From NCBI GenBank assembly GCA_036383255.1, contig DASVOS010000013.1, positions 169,178 through 233,177 of the forward strand: DNA of 64,000 bases, written 5' to 3'. The stretch is from Gammaproteobacteria bacterium. GTDB taxonomy: Bacteria > Pseudomonadota > Gammaproteobacteria > Natronospirales > REEB76. Positions 20,466-31,085 of this stretch are shown here, piece by piece. Within the stretch, counting starts at the first letter, position 1, and every line of letters starts with the position of its first letter. The position numbers were made by a program, and so were the translations under genes. The notes under the pieces were generated by a model that was not told where the DNA came from, searched no databases, and saw only the letters and a program-made list of their open reading frames with translations.

Positions 20466-20560
20466 AAATCCCCGCCTGAAGCCCTTGGGACAGTAGTCCC
20501 AACCCCCGCCCATATGTTAAAAGACGGGGTGGGTAACAAGATTGTAAAAGGGACGGCAGG

Positions 20561-23302
20561 ATGGGGTATCTAGGCGCCGGGCGCTCCCTGGGCAGCGTCC
20601 GCGGCAGCTATCTCGTGGCGCTCGCGGTGCTCGCGACCGGCTTCGCGCTCACCGCCATCGCCTACGTCATAACCTTCAAGTACCAGTCCGAGAGCCGCCA
20701 CGCCCGCTTCAGCCTGTATGCGACCCAGGTCGCCATCACCCTGGAGGCGCGCTTCGACCAGTATGTGGCCGTACTGGATTCCAGCGCCGGGCTCTTCGCC
20801 GGCTCGACCCGCGTGGGCCGCGCGGACTGGGAGGGCTTCGCCGAGACCGTGGCCCTGCAGGCAAAGTATCCCGGCATCTCCAGCCTCCAGTATCTGAGCT
20901 ACGTGACGCGCCAGGACGCGGCGCGCTTCGTGGCGGCCACCCGCGCCGATGGTGCTCCCGGCTTCCACATCAGGCCGGTCGAGCAGCGCGACTTCTATTG
21001 CCCCATCACCTATACGGCGCCGCGCGCTACCGTCAGCTACGTGGAAGGCTTCGACCCCTGCCACCTGTCCACCAACACCGGCGTGCTGTTCGCAGCCCGG
21101 GACAACGGCCGCAACAGCCTGAGCGTGCCTTTCGACCTGCACGACGTGGACGGCGGGGTGCATCGCGGTGTGGTGGCGGTGCGTGCGCTGTACCGCAACG
21201 GCGCAGACGTCTCCACGCCTGCCGCGCGGCGTGCCGCGCTCTACGGCTGGGTGGCCGAGACCCTGCCCATGGACAAGGTGGTGACGGGCGTGATCCCGCA
21301 GCACGTGGCCATGGAAGTGGAGGTGCGCGACGCCGCGGTGGCGGGAGAGGGCGCCGTGCTCTACAGCAAGATGGAAGACCCCGCGGAGCGCCCCCTCTGG
21401 ACCGGCCCGGCCACCATCGAGTCCGACTATGCCACCCGCATGAACATCGGCGGGCGGGAGTGGGTGCTGCGCTTCCACGAGCCCTCCAGCGTGTCGTGGA
21501 TCGCGCTCTTGGTGGTGCTGATGGGCGTGCTCATCACGCTGCCGGCGACGCTGCTGGTGCTGAACCTCGGCCTAAACCGCTCGCGTGCCCTCAAGCTGGC
21601 CGAGCAGATGACCGCGTCCCTGCGCGAGCAGGAGCAGCTCTTGTCCTCGGTGACCGGCAACATCTCCGATGGCATCTACAGGAGCACGCCTGACAAGGGC
21701 ATGATCTACGCCAACGAGGCGCTGGCGCGCATGTTCGGCTACAGCAGCACCCACGAGCTCATGAGCGTGGCAGGCCCGATTTTGTATGCGAACCCGCGGC
21801 GGCGCCAGGAGCTGACCCAGCTGCTCGATGACGAGGGCCACTACCGCAACCAGGAGGTGGAGTACCAGCGCAAGGATGGCAGCCGTTTCTACGCCATCAA
21901 CAGCGCCACCACCGTCAAGGACGAGCAGGGCAACCCGCTGTACTTCGACGGTGTGATCTCCGACATTACCGAGCGCAAGCGCGCCGAGGCGCAGGTCTAC
22001 CAGCTTGCACATTACGACAGCCTCACCGGCCTGCCCAACCGCGCCTTGCTGCGGGACCGCCTTGGCCAGGCGATGCACGACGCCCGCAGGCGTGACGCCA
22101 AGCTCGCGGTCATGTACCTCGACCTCGACCGTTTCAAGAACGTGAATGATTCGCTCGGTCACGAGACCGGCGACAAGCTGCTCAAGACGGTGTCCATGCG
22201 CCTGCGCGAGTGCATGCGTGACAGTGACACCATCAGCCGCCAGGGCGGAGATGAGTTCCTGCTGATCCTGCGTGATGTGGCCGACGCCACTGCGGTGGCG
22301 CGGGTGGCGGAGAAGCTGCAGGAGGCGGTGGCGCGGCCGGCGCAGATAGACGAGTACGAGCTGCACATCACCCCCAGCATCGGCATCAGCCTGTTCCCGG
22401 ACGACGCTGTGGAGATCGACGCGCTCATCCGCAACGCCGACGCGGCCATGTACCATGCCAAGGAGAACGGACGCTTCAACTTCCAGTTCTTCACCCCGGA
22501 GATGAACACCCGCGCCTATGAGCGCCTGTCCCTGGAGGGCAGCCTGCGCCAGGCCATCGAGCGCCAGGAGTTCCACCTGCATTACCAACCCCAGGTAGAC
22601 CTGCGCAGCGGGCGCATCATGGGCGTGGAGGCGCTGCTGCGCTGGAACCGCAACGGCCAGGGGGCGGTGCCACCCTCGGTGTTCGTGCCGGTGCTGGAGA
22701 GCAGCGGCATGATCGGGTCGGTGGGGGAATGGGTGCTGCGCGAGGCTTGCCGCCAGAACCGGGAGTGGCAGCGCCAGGGGTTCGAACCGTTGCCCATCGC
22801 GGTCAACCTGTCCGCCATCCAGTTCAACCGCCGCAACATGGCCGACACCATCTCGGCGATCCTGGCTGAGACCGGCCTGGAGCCGCGCTGGCTCGAGCTC
22901 GAATTCACCGAGAGCGCGGTGATGTATGACACCCGCGAGGTGGGCAACATCATCAAGCGCCTGGATGACCTCGGCGTGCAGCTCGCGCTGGATGACTTCG
23001 GCACCGGCTACTCCTCGCTGAGCTACCTGCGCCGCTTCCACCTGGACAAGCTCAAGATCGACCAGAGCTTCGTGCGCGACATCGGCGTGGATGCCGACGA
23101 TGCCGCCATCGTCACCGCCATCATCGGCATGGCCCGCAACCTCAAGGTCAGCGCGGTGGCGGAGGGCGTCGAGACTCGCGCCCAATGGGAATTCCTGAAG
23201 GCCCACGGCTGCGACGGCATGCAGGGCTACCTGTTCAGCAAGCCACTGCCCGCGGACGAGCTCGCGGAACTGCTCAAGAGCGGACGGGCGCTCGCCGTCT
23301 GA
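20561..23302 (+). CDS. membrane sensor with CHASE - PAS - GGDEF - EAL domains (c-di-GMP turnover)
   Basis: 913 aa. A TM-flanked periplasmic CHASE-like domain (W..F...KYPGISSLQY..RDFYCPITY), then PAS (SDGIYRSTPDK..), GGDEF (RQGGDEF) and EAL (EALLRW.. DDFGTGYSSLSYL) motifs. Confidence 0.9.
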   Translation: MGYLGAGRSLGSVRGSYLVALAVLATGFALTAIAYVITFKYQSESRHARFSLYATQVAITLEARFDQYVAVLDSSAGLFAGSTRVGRADWEGFAETVALQAKYPGISSLQYLSYVTRQDAARFVAATRADGAPGFHIRPVEQRDFYCPITYTAPRATVSYVEGFDPCHLSTNTGVLFAARDNGRNSLSVPFDLHDVDGGVHRGVVAVRALYRNGADVSTPAARRAALYGWVAETLPMDKVVTGVIPQHVAMEVEVRDAAVAGEGAVLYSKMEDPAERPLWTGPATIESDYATRMNIGGREWVLRFHEPSSVSWIALLVVLMGVLITLPATLLVLNLGLNRSRALKLAEQMTASLREQEQLLSSVTGNISDGIYRSTPDKGMIYANEALARMFGYSSTHELMSVAGPILYANPRRRQELTQLLDDEGHYRNQEVEYQRKDGSRFYAINSATTVKDEQGNPLYFDGVISDITERKRAEAQVYQLAHYDSLTGLPNRALLRDRLGQAMHDARRRDAKLAVMYLDLDRFKNVNDSLGHETGDKLLKTVSMRLRECMRDSDTISRQGGDEFLLILRDVADATAVARVAEKLQEAVARPAQIDEYELHITPSIGISLFPDDAVEIDALIRNADAAMYHAKENGRFNFQFFTPEMNTRAYERLSLEGSLRQAIERQEFHLHYQPQVDLRSGRIMGVEALLRWNRNGQGAVPPSVFVPVLESSGMIGSVGEWVLREACRQNREWQRQGFEPLPIAVNLSAIQFNRRNMADTISAILAETGLEPRWLELEFTESAVMYDTREVGNIIKRLDDLGVQLALDDFGTGYSSLSYLRRFHLDKLKIDQSFVRDIGVDADDAAIVTAIIGMARNLKVSAVAEGVETRAQWEFLKAHGCDGMQGYLFSKPLPADELAELLKSGRALAV

Positions 23303-23307
23303 TCCAT

Positions 23308-23337
23308 GCCCCGGCGCCGTGGTTCCGGGGCTTTTTG
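23308..23337 (+). terminator. Rho-independent terminator
   Basis: Stem gccccgg / ccggggc followed by ttttt, 6 nt after the stop of the CHASE sensor gene. Confidence 0.6.
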
Positions 23338-23341
23338 GGGC

Positions 23342-23375
23342 TTGCCTCACATACCATACTAGGGTATGGTATGTG
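23342..23375 (+). promoter_or_regulatory. csoR-copA promoter (TTGCCT-17-TATGGT) overlapped by a 12-4-12 perfect inverted repeat (probable CsoR operator)
   Basis: cacataccatac-tagg-gtatggtatgtg (23348-23375) is a perfect palindrome. It covers the spacer and -10 region and ends 2 nt before ATG 23378. Confidence 0.6.
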
Positions 23376-23377
23376 GC

Positions 23378-23653
23378 ATGAAACATGCCGAACACAAATC
23401 CCAGCTGGACAGCCTGCGGCGCATCCATGGCCAGGTAGCCGGACTCACGCGCATGGTGGAGGAGGAGCGCTACTGCGGCGACATCCTCACCCAGTTGCGG
23501 GCGGTCCAGGCGGCCCTGCGCCGGGTCGAGCTGCAGGTGTTGGAGAAGCACATCGGGCACTGCGTGACCGGTGCCGCCGAGAGCGGCGACCGCAAGGAGC
23601 GCGATGCCAAGCTGGATGAGCTGTTCGACATCCTGAAGCGCTTCGCCCCCTAG
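23378..23653 (+). CDS. CsoR/RcnR/FrmR-family metal-sensing transcriptional repressor
   Basis: 91 aa from ATG 23378 (the ORF track starts at 23366, inside the operator). Family signature [38 protein letters not shown], with Cys and His ligands in C-H-C-type positions. Confidence 0.85.
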   Translation: MKHAEHKSQLDSLRRIHGQVAGLTRMVEEERYCGDILTQLRAVQAALRRVELQVLEKHIGHCVTGAAESGDRKERDAKLDELFDILKRFAP

Positions 23654-23669
23654 ACACTCCGAGGCCGCC

Positions 23670-25853
23670 ATGCACGAATGCTGCCGCCATCCTGAGCCGG
23701 CCGCCGCGCCGCCCCCGTCCACCCACAAGCCGGTAGCGGGCGACCTCTATACCTGTCCCATGCATCCTGAGGTCGTGCAGCAAGGCCCCGGTACCTGTCC
23801 CATCTGCGGCATGGCACTGGAGCCCAAGATCGTGCGCGCCGAACAAGGCGCCGATCCCGAACTCAAGGACATGACCCGCCGCTTCTGGCTGGGTGTGGCC
23901 CTGAGCTTGCCGTTGCTGGTGCTGTCCATGGGCGGGGACGTACTGCCGGCTCTGCGCTTCCATCACTGGCTTGGTGAGGCGATGTTCGGATGGTCGCAGT
24001 TCGCCCTGGCGACGCCGGTAGTGCTGTGGGGCGGCTGGCCGGTCTTCGAACGGGGCTGGCAGTCCTTGCGCACCCGCCACCTCAACATGTTCACCCTCAT
24101 CGCCCTCGGCAGTGGCGCCGCTTACGGCTTCAGCCTCTTCGTGCTCCTGTTCCCCGGCCTGATGCCGGCGGCGTTCATGGGGGAGGGCATGCCGCCGCTG
24201 TACTTCGAGGCCGCCGCTGTCATCGTCACGCTCGTGCTGCTGGGCCAGGTGCTGGAACTGCGGGCGCGGCGCGGCACCTCCGATGCCATCCGCGCCCTGC
24301 TGAGGCTCGCGCCCCCGACCGCGCACCGCATCGGCTCAGACGGCGAGAAGGAAGTGCCCCTCGACCAGGTCATGGCAGGCGACCGCCTGCGCGTGCGCCC
24401 GGGCGACAAGGTTCCCGTGGACGGCGAGGTGATCGAAGGGCATTCGGGCGTGGACGAGTCCATGCTCACCGGCGAGTCCATGCCGGTGCAGAAATCCGCT
24501 GGTGACCGGGTCAGTGCCGGCAGCATCAACCAGCAGGGCGGTTTCATCATGCGCGCCGACCGGGTGGGCTCTGACACGCTGCTGGCGCGCATCGTGCACA
24601 TGGTGGGCGAGGCGCAGCGCAGTCGTGCGCCGATCCAGGCGCTGGCCGACAAAGTCTCCGGCTGGTTCGTGCCCGCCGTGATCGGCGTCGCGCTCGCGGC
24701 CGCGGTTGCCTGGGCCGCATGGGGTCCGGCGCCGGCGCTCAACCACGCGCTGCTGGCGGCGGTCTCGGTGCTCATCATCGCTTGCCCCTGCGCCCTCGGC
24801 CTTGCCACGCCCATCTCGGTGATGGTGGGGATAGGCCGCGGCGCGCAGTCCGGCGTGCTGATCAAGGATGCCGAGGCGCTGGAGCTCATGGAGAAGATCG
24901 ACGTGCTGGTGGTGGACAAGACCGGCACCCTCACCGAGGGCAGGCCCACCTTGCAGGCCGTGAAGGTCCTGCAGGGCTTCACGGAACAGGAGCTGCTCGC
25001 GCAAGTGGCGGCCCTCGAGGCCGCCAGCGAGCATCCGCTGGCGGCGGCCATCGTCGCAGGCGCAAAGGCACGCGGTGTGGTCCCCGCCAAGGTCGAGGAC
25101 TTCAGGGCCATCACCGGCCAGGGCGTGAGCGGGAGGCTCGCTGGCGCCGATGTGCTGGTGGGCAACATCCGGCTGCTGGAAGGAGCGAGGATAGATGCCG
25201 CCCCCCTGGCTGGCATGGCGGAAGAGCTGCGCCGTGCGGGCCAGACCGTCATGCTGGTGGCGATCGGCGGCAGGGCCGCCGGCATCATCGGCGTCGCCGA
25301 CGCCATCAAGCCCACCAGCGCCGAAGCCGTGCGCCAACTCAAGGCCTCCGGCGTGTGCATCGTGATGCTCACCGGCGACAACGCCATCACCGCCCAGGCC
25401 GTCGCCGCCGCGCTCGGCATCGACGAGGTGCATGCGGGCGTCCTGCCCCAGGACAAGCACGAGGTGGTGGGGCGCCTGAAGCAGCAGGGCCGTGTGGTGG
25501 CCATGGCGGGCGATGGCGTGAACGATGCACCCGCACTCGCTCGGGCCGACGTGGGTATCGCCATGGGCAATGGCACCGACGTGGCCATGGAGAGCGCGGC
25601 GGTGACCCTGGTGAAGGGCGACTTGCGTGCCATCGCGCGGGCCCGCGAGCTGAGCCGGCGTACCATGCGCAACATACGGCAGAACCTGTTCTTCGCCTTC
25701 TTCTACAACGCGCTCGGCGTGCCGCTGGCCGCCGGGGTGCTCTATCCCATCGCCGGGCTGCTGCTGAGCCCGGCCATCGCGGCCGCCGCCATGAGCTTCA
25801 GCTCGGTGTCCGTGATCGGGAATGCGCTGCGCCTGCGCCGGGCGCGGCTATGA
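23670..25853 (+). CDS. copA: copper-translocating P1B-type ATPase
   Basis: 727 aa. CPC transmembrane metal site ([12 protein letters not shown]), [23 protein letters not shown]. The N-terminus carries [17 protein letters not shown] (a CxxH..CxxC zinc-ribbon-like metal-binding domain) instead of a GMTCxxC HMA domain. Confidence 0.93.
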   Translation: MHECCRHPEPAAAPPPSTHKPVAGDLYTCPMHPEVVQQGPGTCPICGMALEPKIVRAEQGADPELKDMTRRFWLGVALSLPLLVLSMGGDVLPALRFHHWLGEAMFGWSQFALATPVVLWGGWPVFERGWQSLRTRHLNMFTLIALGSGAAYGFSLFVLLFPGLMPAAFMGEGMPPLYFEAAAVIVTLVLLGQVLELRARRGTSDAIRALLRLAPPTAHRIGSDGEKEVPLDQVMAGDRLRVRPGDKVPVDGEVIEGHSGVDESMLTGESMPVQKSAGDRVSAGSINQQGGFIMRADRVGSDTLLARIVHMVGEAQRSRAPIQALADKVSGWFVPAVIGVALAAAVAWAAWGPAPALNHALLAAVSVLIIACPCALGLATPISVMVGIGRGAQSGVLIKDAEALELMEKIDVLVVDKTGTLTEGRPTLQAVKVLQGFTEQELLAQVAALEAASEHPLAAAIVAGAKARGVVPAKVEDFRAITGQGVSGRLAGADVLVGNIRLLEGARIDAAPLAGMAEELRRAGQTVMLVAIGGRAAGIIGVADAIKPTSAEAVRQLKASGVCIVMLTGDNAITAQAVAAALGIDEVHAGVLPQDKHEVVGRLKQQGRVVAMAGDGVNDAPALARADVGIAMGNGTDVAMESAAVTLVKGDLRAIARARELSRRTMRNIRQNLFFAFFYNALGVPLAAGVLYPIAGLLLSPAIAAAAMSFSSVSVIGNALRLRRARL

Positions 25854-27076
25854 GGGCGGCGCCCATTCGCACGCTGTTTGCGGCCACGGTATTGGCCCTG
25901 TCATTCGCGCCGGACGTCCGCGCGGAGGATTTCATGGGCATGGCCGGCGCTTTCGGCCCCTATGCCATGGACCGCGAAGCTTCCGGCACCAGCTGGCAGC
26001 CGGAGGCCGTGCCCATGCAAGGCATCATGACCATGGACGGCGACTGGATGACCATGGTCCACGGCTACCTGTACCAGGTGCGCGACCACCAGGGCGGGCC
26101 GCGGGGCGCCAACGAGGATTTCAGCGAAAGCATGTTCATGGTCATGGCCCAGCGGACCCGGGGCCAGGACACCCTCGGCCTGCGCGGCATGTTCTCGCTG
26201 GACCCGCTCATGGGTCCGGCCGGTTATCCGCTGCTGCTGCAGACCGGCGAGACCGCCGACAGGGTGAACCCATTGGTGGACCGCCAGCATCCCCACGATC
26301 TCTTCATGGAGCTCTCCGCCTCCTATAGCCACGCGTTCGCCGAGACGGATTCGCTGTTCGTGTACGCGGGCCTGCCCGGTGAGCCAGCCCTGGGTCCGCC
26401 GGCCTTCATGCATAGGGCGTCGGGCGTGGACAATCCGGAGGCGCCGCTCTCCCATCACTGGCTGGACTCCACCCATGTCACCTTCGGCGTGCTCACCGCG
26501 GGCCTGGTGCTGGGACAGGTGAAGCTGGAGGCCTCCGTCTTCCATGGCCGGGAACCGGACGAGCGGCGCTGGAACATCGATGGCGGCGCGCTGGATTCCT
26601 ACGCGGCGCGCGCCACCTGGAACCCGGACGAGCACTGGTCGCTGCAGGCGAGCCGCGGCTACCTGCGCAGCCCCGAGCAATTGGATCCTGCCGTGGACCA
26701 GCGCCGCAGCACCGCGTCGGCCATGTATTCCGGCGCGGTGGGCGACGCGCAGTGGGACGCGACCCTCGGCTGGGGACAGGACGACAACCGGCCCGGGGAC
26801 AAGCTGGATGCATGGCTCGCCGAGAGTGAACTCAAGTTCTCGGGGGTACACACCTGGTTCGCCCGCCTGGAGCGGGTGCAGGAGGATGAGCTCCTGCCCT
26901 CGATGGTCACCGTCGGGAAACTATCCGTGGGTTACATCCACGACTGGCCGGTGGCTGAGCATCTCAGCCTGGGTCTGGGCGGGCTGGTGAGCGTATACGG
27001 CCTGCCGGCGACCGCCCAGGCCGCTTATGGAAACCCGCACTCATACATGCTGTTCCTGCGCCTCAAGCTCCTCTGA
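25850..27076 (+). CDS. uncharacterised secreted Met/His-rich protein, probable outer-membrane beta-barrel, coupled to copA
   Basis: The ORF-track entry 24719..27076 is trimmed to ATG 25850 (ATGA overlap with the copA stop). Signal peptide [25 protein letters not shown], a Met-rich N-terminal region ([29 protein letters not shown]), and alternating hydrophobic strands towards the C-terminus. Confidence 0.6.
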   Translation: MRAAPIRTLFAATVLALSFAPDVRAEDFMGMAGAFGPYAMDREASGTSWQPEAVPMQGIMTMDGDWMTMVHGYLYQVRDHQGGPRGANEDFSESMFMVMAQRTRGQDTLGLRGMFSLDPLMGPAGYPLLLQTGETADRVNPLVDRQHPHDLFMELSASYSHAFAETDSLFVYAGLPGEPALGPPAFMHRASGVDNPEAPLSHHWLDSTHVTFGVLTAGLVLGQVKLEASVFHGREPDERRWNIDGGALDSYAARATWNPDEHWSLQASRGYLRSPEQLDPAVDQRRSTASAMYSGAVGDAQWDATLGWGQDDNRPGDKLDAWLAESELKFSGVHTWFARLERVQEDELLPSMVTVGKLSVGYIHDWPVAEHLSLGLGGLVSVYGLPATAQAAYGNPHSYMLFLRLKLL

Positions 27077-27165
27077 GACCTGAAATAAACCGTCATGCTC
27101 CGCTGTCTCTAGTGGGAGTATGCTCATCGGCCCGCAAGGACCGCCAAGAAGAAAGAGGTGTGCCC

Positions 27166-28158
27166 ATGTCCACGTTCCCCCGCCGCAGGCTCGGTTCCCA
27201 GGGTCTCGAGGTCTCCGCCATGGGCTTAGGCTGCATGGGCATGTCGGATTTCTACAAGGGCGGGGAAGGGGACAAGGAATCCATCGCCACCATCCACCGC
27301 GCGCTCGAGCTCGGCATCGACTTCCTCGACACCGCGGACATGTATGGCCCGTTCACCAACGAGGAGCTGGTGGGCCGCGCCATCAAGGGCAAGCGCGATA
27401 AGTTCATCGTCGCCACCAAGTTCGGGAACGAGCGCACGCCGGACGGCAGGTTCCTGGGCGTGAACGGCAGTCCTGACTACGTGCGTGCCTGCTGCGATGC
27501 CTCGCTAAAGCGCCTTGGCGTGGATCACATCGACCTCTACTACCAGCACCGGGTGGACATCAACACGCCCATCGAGGATACCGTCGGCGCCATGGCCGAT
27601 CTCGTGAAACAGGGCAAGGTGCGCTACCTCGGCCTCTCCGAGGCGGCGCCGGACACCCTCCGCCGTGCCCACAATGTCCATCCCATCAGTGCGCTCCAGA
27701 CCGAGTACTCGCTGTGGACCCGCGAGCCGGAGGAGGGCCTGTTGGACACGGTGCGGGAACTCGGCATCGGCTTCGTGGCCTACAGCCCCTTGGGGCGCGG
27801 CTTCCTCACCGGTACCATCAAGAGATACGAAGATTTGGCCGCGGACGATTGGCGCCGCAACATGCCCCGCTTCAAGGGCGAGAACTTCCAGAAGAACCTG
27901 GACCTCGTCGAGCGGGTGGAGGAGATCGCCAGGGACAGGGACGTGGAAGCCTCCCAGATCGCCATCGCCTGGCTGCTGCACCAGGGACAGGACATCGTCC
28001 CCATCCCCGGCACCAAGCGCCGCAAGTACCTGGAGCAGAACGCCGCCGCCATCGGCATCGAGCTAAGCGGCGAGGAGCTAAAGCGCATCGATGCGGCCTT
28101 CCCTGTGGGCGCGGCCACGGGTAACCGCTATGCGGACATGTCCACGGTCAATCGGTGA
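27166..28158 (+). CDS. aldo/keto reductase (AKR11/13-like)
   Basis: 330 aa from ATG 27166 (AGAGG Shine-Dalgarno sequence). [22 protein letters not shown] and IPGTKR motifs. Confidence 0.9.
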   Translation: MSTFPRRRLGSQGLEVSAMGLGCMGMSDFYKGGEGDKESIATIHRALELGIDFLDTADMYGPFTNEELVGRAIKGKRDKFIVATKFGNERTPDGRFLGVNGSPDYVRACCDASLKRLGVDHIDLYYQHRVDINTPIEDTVGAMADLVKQGKVRYLGLSEAAPDTLRRAHNVHPISALQTEYSLWTREPEEGLLDTVRELGIGFVAYSPLGRGFLTGTIKRYEDLAADDWRRNMPRFKGENFQKNLDLVERVEEIARDRDVEASQIAIAWLLHQGQDIVPIPGTKRRKYLEQNAAAIGIELSGEELKRIDAAFPVGAATGNRYADMSTVNR

Positions 28159-28181
28159 GGCGTTTCGCGTAACATGACGGG

Positions 28182-28673
28182 ATGAGTGATCCAGAGAACG
28201 CTGGGCTCTTAACGCCCGTCGAATACCAGCTGCTCGCCGCCCCCGCGCTCCAGGCCGCCGCCGAGGTGGCCGCGCAGCGCGGCGATCCGTACCTCTACAA
28301 CGATATGGCTTCCATGCTGGCGCTGCTCGGCGGAGTCACAACGCTCACCCACGCGTATCTGCAGCAGGACCTGCCGGTGGAAGCTTCGCCCCGTGCCGAG
28401 CTGGAGCGCGCTCCCCTCGCGGTCTGCGCATTGGTGTTCACCGAATCGGGCCTCGAGGCCCCGGAAGTGGAACAATGCCTGCGGGCCTTGTTCCAGGCTT
28501 ATCTCAAGCTCCTCAAGGAAGGCGTGCTGGGTCCCCAGGAAGCCCTCATCGAGAAGGCTTACGTTGAACTGATGGCAGGGAAGAGGGCCGCCGCCCTCCA
28601 GAGCCTGCGCTTTGGGATGCTCGCCATGGCCAAGGCTATAGATATGTGGGAAGCGGCACGGGCCGCTTCCTGA
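28182..28673 (+). CDS. hypothetical protein, 163 aa
   Basis: Intact ORF with typical codon usage. No motif recognised. Converges on doxX with a 1-nt gap. Confidence 0.45.
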   Translation: MSDPENAGLLTPVEYQLLAAPALQAAAEVAAQRGDPYLYNDMASMLALLGGVTTLTHAYLQQDLPVEASPRAELERAPLAVCALVFTESGLEAPEVEQCLRALFQAYLKLLKEGVLGPQEALIEKAYVELMAGKRAAALQSLRFGMLAMAKAIDMWEAARAAS

Positions 28674-28674
28674 G

Positions 28675-29040
28675 TCAGGCCGGCACCAGCATGAATCTGC
28701 CGTAGGCGATGAATCCGGCCAGCACGGCCACGATCAGCCAATAGGCCAGTTCACCGCGCTTGCCGGCGCCTTGCCCGAGGTGCAGGCCGCAGAACAGCAG
28801 CATCTCTGCCGCGATGAGCGCCGCGGCGATCGGCGTGAGTACTGCCAGGGAGGGGATCGCTGTCGCGATCAGGCCCAGGCTGCAGAGCAGCTCGATCAAG
28901 CTCATCCCAAGCCAAACCCCATGGGGGATCGCCCGCAGGGAAGGCACGGACTTCTCGGAGTGAGAGAACTTCCATACTGCGCCCATGGCGGTATGCAGGG
29001 CGAGCAGGATCTGGAGTATCCACAGGAGGATGTTCATCAT
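28675..29040 (-). CDS. DoxX-like family membrane protein
   Basis: 121 aa, four TM helices, last gene of the arsR operon (4-nt overlap with the upstream gene). Confidence 0.7.
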   Translation of the reverse strand: MMNILLWILQILLALHTAMGAVWKFSHSEKSVPSLRAIPHGVWLGMSLIELLCSLGLIATAIPSLAVLTPIAAALIAAEMLLFCGLHLGQGAGKRGELAYWLIVAVLAGFIAYGRFMLVPA

Positions 29041-29459
29041 TTGCCTCTCGATACGTTCAACGCTGCCGCCTCGCGGATGAGCGCCTTGAATGCTTTTTCG
29101 TCGGGCTTCGCGCCCATGGGGAAGTCGATGGCACGCCGGGTGTTGCCTTCCAGGCTGGAGTTGAAGAGGCCGGCAGGATCCTCGAGTGCAGCGCCCCGGG
29201 CGAAGGTCAACTTCACCTTGTCCTTGTAGGTCTCACCGGTGCAGATGATCCCGTCGTGGGACCAGACCGGCACCCCCCATTTCCATTCCTCCAGCACCTT
29301 GGGATCCGCCTGCTTGATCAGGCAGCGGAGCAGGGCGAGCTGCTTGCCTCGCCAGTCGTCCAGCTGTTCTATCCTCTCGTCTATGAGCTTGGAAGCGGAG
29401 CCTGCTGTCGAAGAACTTTTCTTCATGGTTCGCTTCGCCGCTTTCTTGCGCACGGCCAT
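29037..29459 (-). CDS. DUF1801 (YdhG-like) domain protein
   Basis: The ORF-track entry 29037..29948 is trimmed to ATG at 29459 (140 aa). WRGKQL..KWGVPVWSHDG..KLTFARG pattern. TGATG overlap with the upstream gene. Confidence 0.7.
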   Translation of the reverse strand: MAVRKKAAKRTMKKSSSTAGSASKLIDERIEQLDDWRGKQLALLRCLIKQADPKVLEEWKWGVPVWSHDGIICTGETYKDKVKLTFARGAALEDPAGLFNSSLEGNTRRAIDFPMGAKPDEKAFKALIREAAALNVSRGK

Positions 29460-30016
29460 CACTTGGTTCCCTTGGGTGGCCAGCTCGGGGCTTCGACACC
29501 AAATTGCGCGGCGTATTCCTGGACGAGCCGCTGCCAGTCGAACTTCATGGCCTCGCCGCCCACGATGCGCCCGATGGGCTCGCCCGCGGTGAGCCGGTCC
29601 AGCACGTCGAGGCAGATGTGCCAGCCCGCGGCGCCCCAGGTGATGAAGCCGCGCTCGATGTTGTGCCAGAGGGTGAGGCGGGTGCCGCCGCCGGCGGGTT
29701 CGAGCTGCCACCTGAGATCGTTGCCGCCCCAGCTGTACTCCAAGATGCGCGGCGCTTCTGCCCGCTTGACCAGGCTCTCGGCCGGCGCTTGAGGAGCGCC
29801 TACCGTAACGAGTTTCGCCGGACCCTCTTTCCCTAAGTCCCGGTCCGCATCGAAGGGCGCCCATTGGGAGAGCTGCGCGGGATCCGTCAGCGCCTCCCAG
29901 ACCATCGCCGGTGGCTGGCGCAGCTTGCGCACCAGCACCAGGGTCCACCGGTCGCCGTCCTTCTGGACCTCGGCACCGGCGGCGGGGCCGGGCAGGTAGT
30001 CCTCACGTCCACTCAT
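29459..30016 (-). CDS. SRPBCC / AHSA1-domain protein
   Basis: 185 aa. The W.ALTDP..L..W pattern is typical of the Aha1/START-like family that commonly follows ArsR regulators. Confidence 0.78.
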   Translation of the reverse strand: MSGREDYLPGPAAGAEVQKDGDRWTLVLVRKLRQPPAMVWEALTDPAQLSQWAPFDADRDLGKEGPAKLVTVGAPQAPAESLVKRAEAPRILEYSWGGNDLRWQLEPAGGGTRLTLWHNIERGFITWGAAGWHICLDVLDRLTAGEPIGRIVGGEAMKFDWQRLVQEYAAQFGVEAPSWPPKGTK

Positions 30017-30366
30017 TTGCCTTTTCCTTTCCCGTCCGGCTCTTCTTCCATCTCCATGCGCTCGAGGTGGCGCTCCAGCGCATCCACGTGGGCCGACCAG
30101 AAGCGCCGGAAGGGATCGAGCCAGGCATCCACTTCCTTGAGCGGCTCGGGCCGGATCCGGTAGACACGCCGCTGGGCCTCCACCCGCGACTCCACCAAGC
30201 CGGCTTCCCTTAATACCCGCAGGTGCTTGGATACGGAGGTCTGGGGCATGTGCAGCCGCCGTTCGATCTCACCCACGGATTGTTCTGATGAGGCCAGCAG
30301 CTTGAGGATGGCCCGGCGGTTCGGCTCGGCGATGATGGCGAAGGAAGATTCCATGAGTTTAAACAT
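30013..30366 (-). CDS. ArsR/SmtB-family transcriptional regulator
   Basis: 117 aa. Winged-HTH RRAILKLLASSEQSVGEIERRLHMPQTSVSKHLRVLREAGLV. First gene of a 4-gene overlapping operon. Confidence 0.88.
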   Translation of the reverse strand: MFKLMESSFAIIAEPNRRAILKLLASSEQSVGEIERRLHMPQTSVSKHLRVLREAGLVESRVEAQRRVYRIRPEPLKEVDAWLDPFRRFWSAHVDALERHLERMEMEEEPDGKGKGK

Positions 30367-30410
30367 ACTTTTATGTTCATATTCCTGTCAAGGTATATTA
30401 CAACCACTCC

Positions 30411-30438
30411 TTGCAAACCGGGAATGCCTGTATATAAT
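30411..30438 (+). promoter_or_regulatory. lexA promoter TTGCAA-16-TATAAT
   Basis: Near-consensus sigma70 hexamers. The -10 lies inside SOS box 1. Confidence 0.7.
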
Positions 30439-30463
30439 CACAGAACCCTGTATACATACCCAG
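30428..30463 (+). promoter_or_regulatory. two tandem LexA (SOS) boxes
   Basis: CTGTATATAATCACAG (30428-30443) is a perfect CTGT-N8-ACAG box, and CTGTATACATACCCAG (30448-30463) has one mismatch. They sit 20-55 nt upstream of lexA, matching the classical autoregulatory layout. Confidence 0.88.
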
Positions 30464-30482
30464 GCTGAGGCGGCTTCTCTCC

Positions 30483-31085
30483 ATGGAAAAGATCACTCCC
30501 CGGCAGCAGGAAGTTCTTGAGTTGATTCAAGAGGTTATCGATGAAACCGGCATGCCGCCTACGCGTGCAGAGATCGCCGAGACCCTGGGATTTAAATCTG
30601 CCAACGCCGCGGAGGAACATCTCCGCGCCCTCGCCCGAAAGGGTATGATTAGCTTACTGCCCGGCGCTGCCCGGGGAATCCGCATTACCGATCCTCCCGG
30701 TCTCCCGGTAGTGGGCCGGGTAGCGGCGGGCAGTCCTATCCTCGCGGAACAGCACCTGGAAGGCCGGGTGCGCGTCGATCCGCGCATGTTCAAGCCCAAG
30801 CCCGATTACCTCCTGCGCGTGCGTGGCATGAGCATGCGCGACGCCGGCATCCTGGACGGCGACCTGGTGGCGGTGAACCGCAACCCCGAGGTGCGCAACG
30901 GCCAGATCGTGGTGGCCCGCCTGGGCGACGAGGTGACGGTGAAGCGCTACCGCCTGCAGGGGGCCGAGGTGCACCTCCTCCCCGAGAACCCTGCCTTCCA
31001 GCCCATCGTGGTGGACGTGCACAGCCGTGAGTTCATCATCGAAGGGGTGGTGGTGGGCGTGCTGCGGGACGTCACGGTGCAGTGA
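30483..31085 (+). CDS. lexA: LexA repressor
   Basis: 200 aa. N-terminal wHTH ([18 protein letters not shown]), cleavage site VAAGSP (Ala-Gly), catalytic GMSM serine and VKR lysine. Confidence 0.96.
   Translation: MEKITPRQQEVLELIQEVIDETGMPPTRAEIAETLGFKSANAAEEHLRALARKGMISLLPGAARGIRITDPPGLPVVGRVAAGSPILAEQHLEGRVRVDPRMFKPKPDYLLRVRGMSMRDAGILDGDLVAVNRNPEVRNGQIVVARLGDEVTVKRYRLQGAEVHLLPENPAFQPIVVDVHSREFIIEGVVVGVLRDVTVQ

Noticed and set aside
30362-30377. A short inverted repeat AACATA-CTTT-TATGTT at the arsR start as an ArsR operator.
   Set aside because: The arms are only 6 bp, in the most AT-rich part of a divergent promoter region, and the repeat overlaps the start codon itself. This is too weak to call without binding data.
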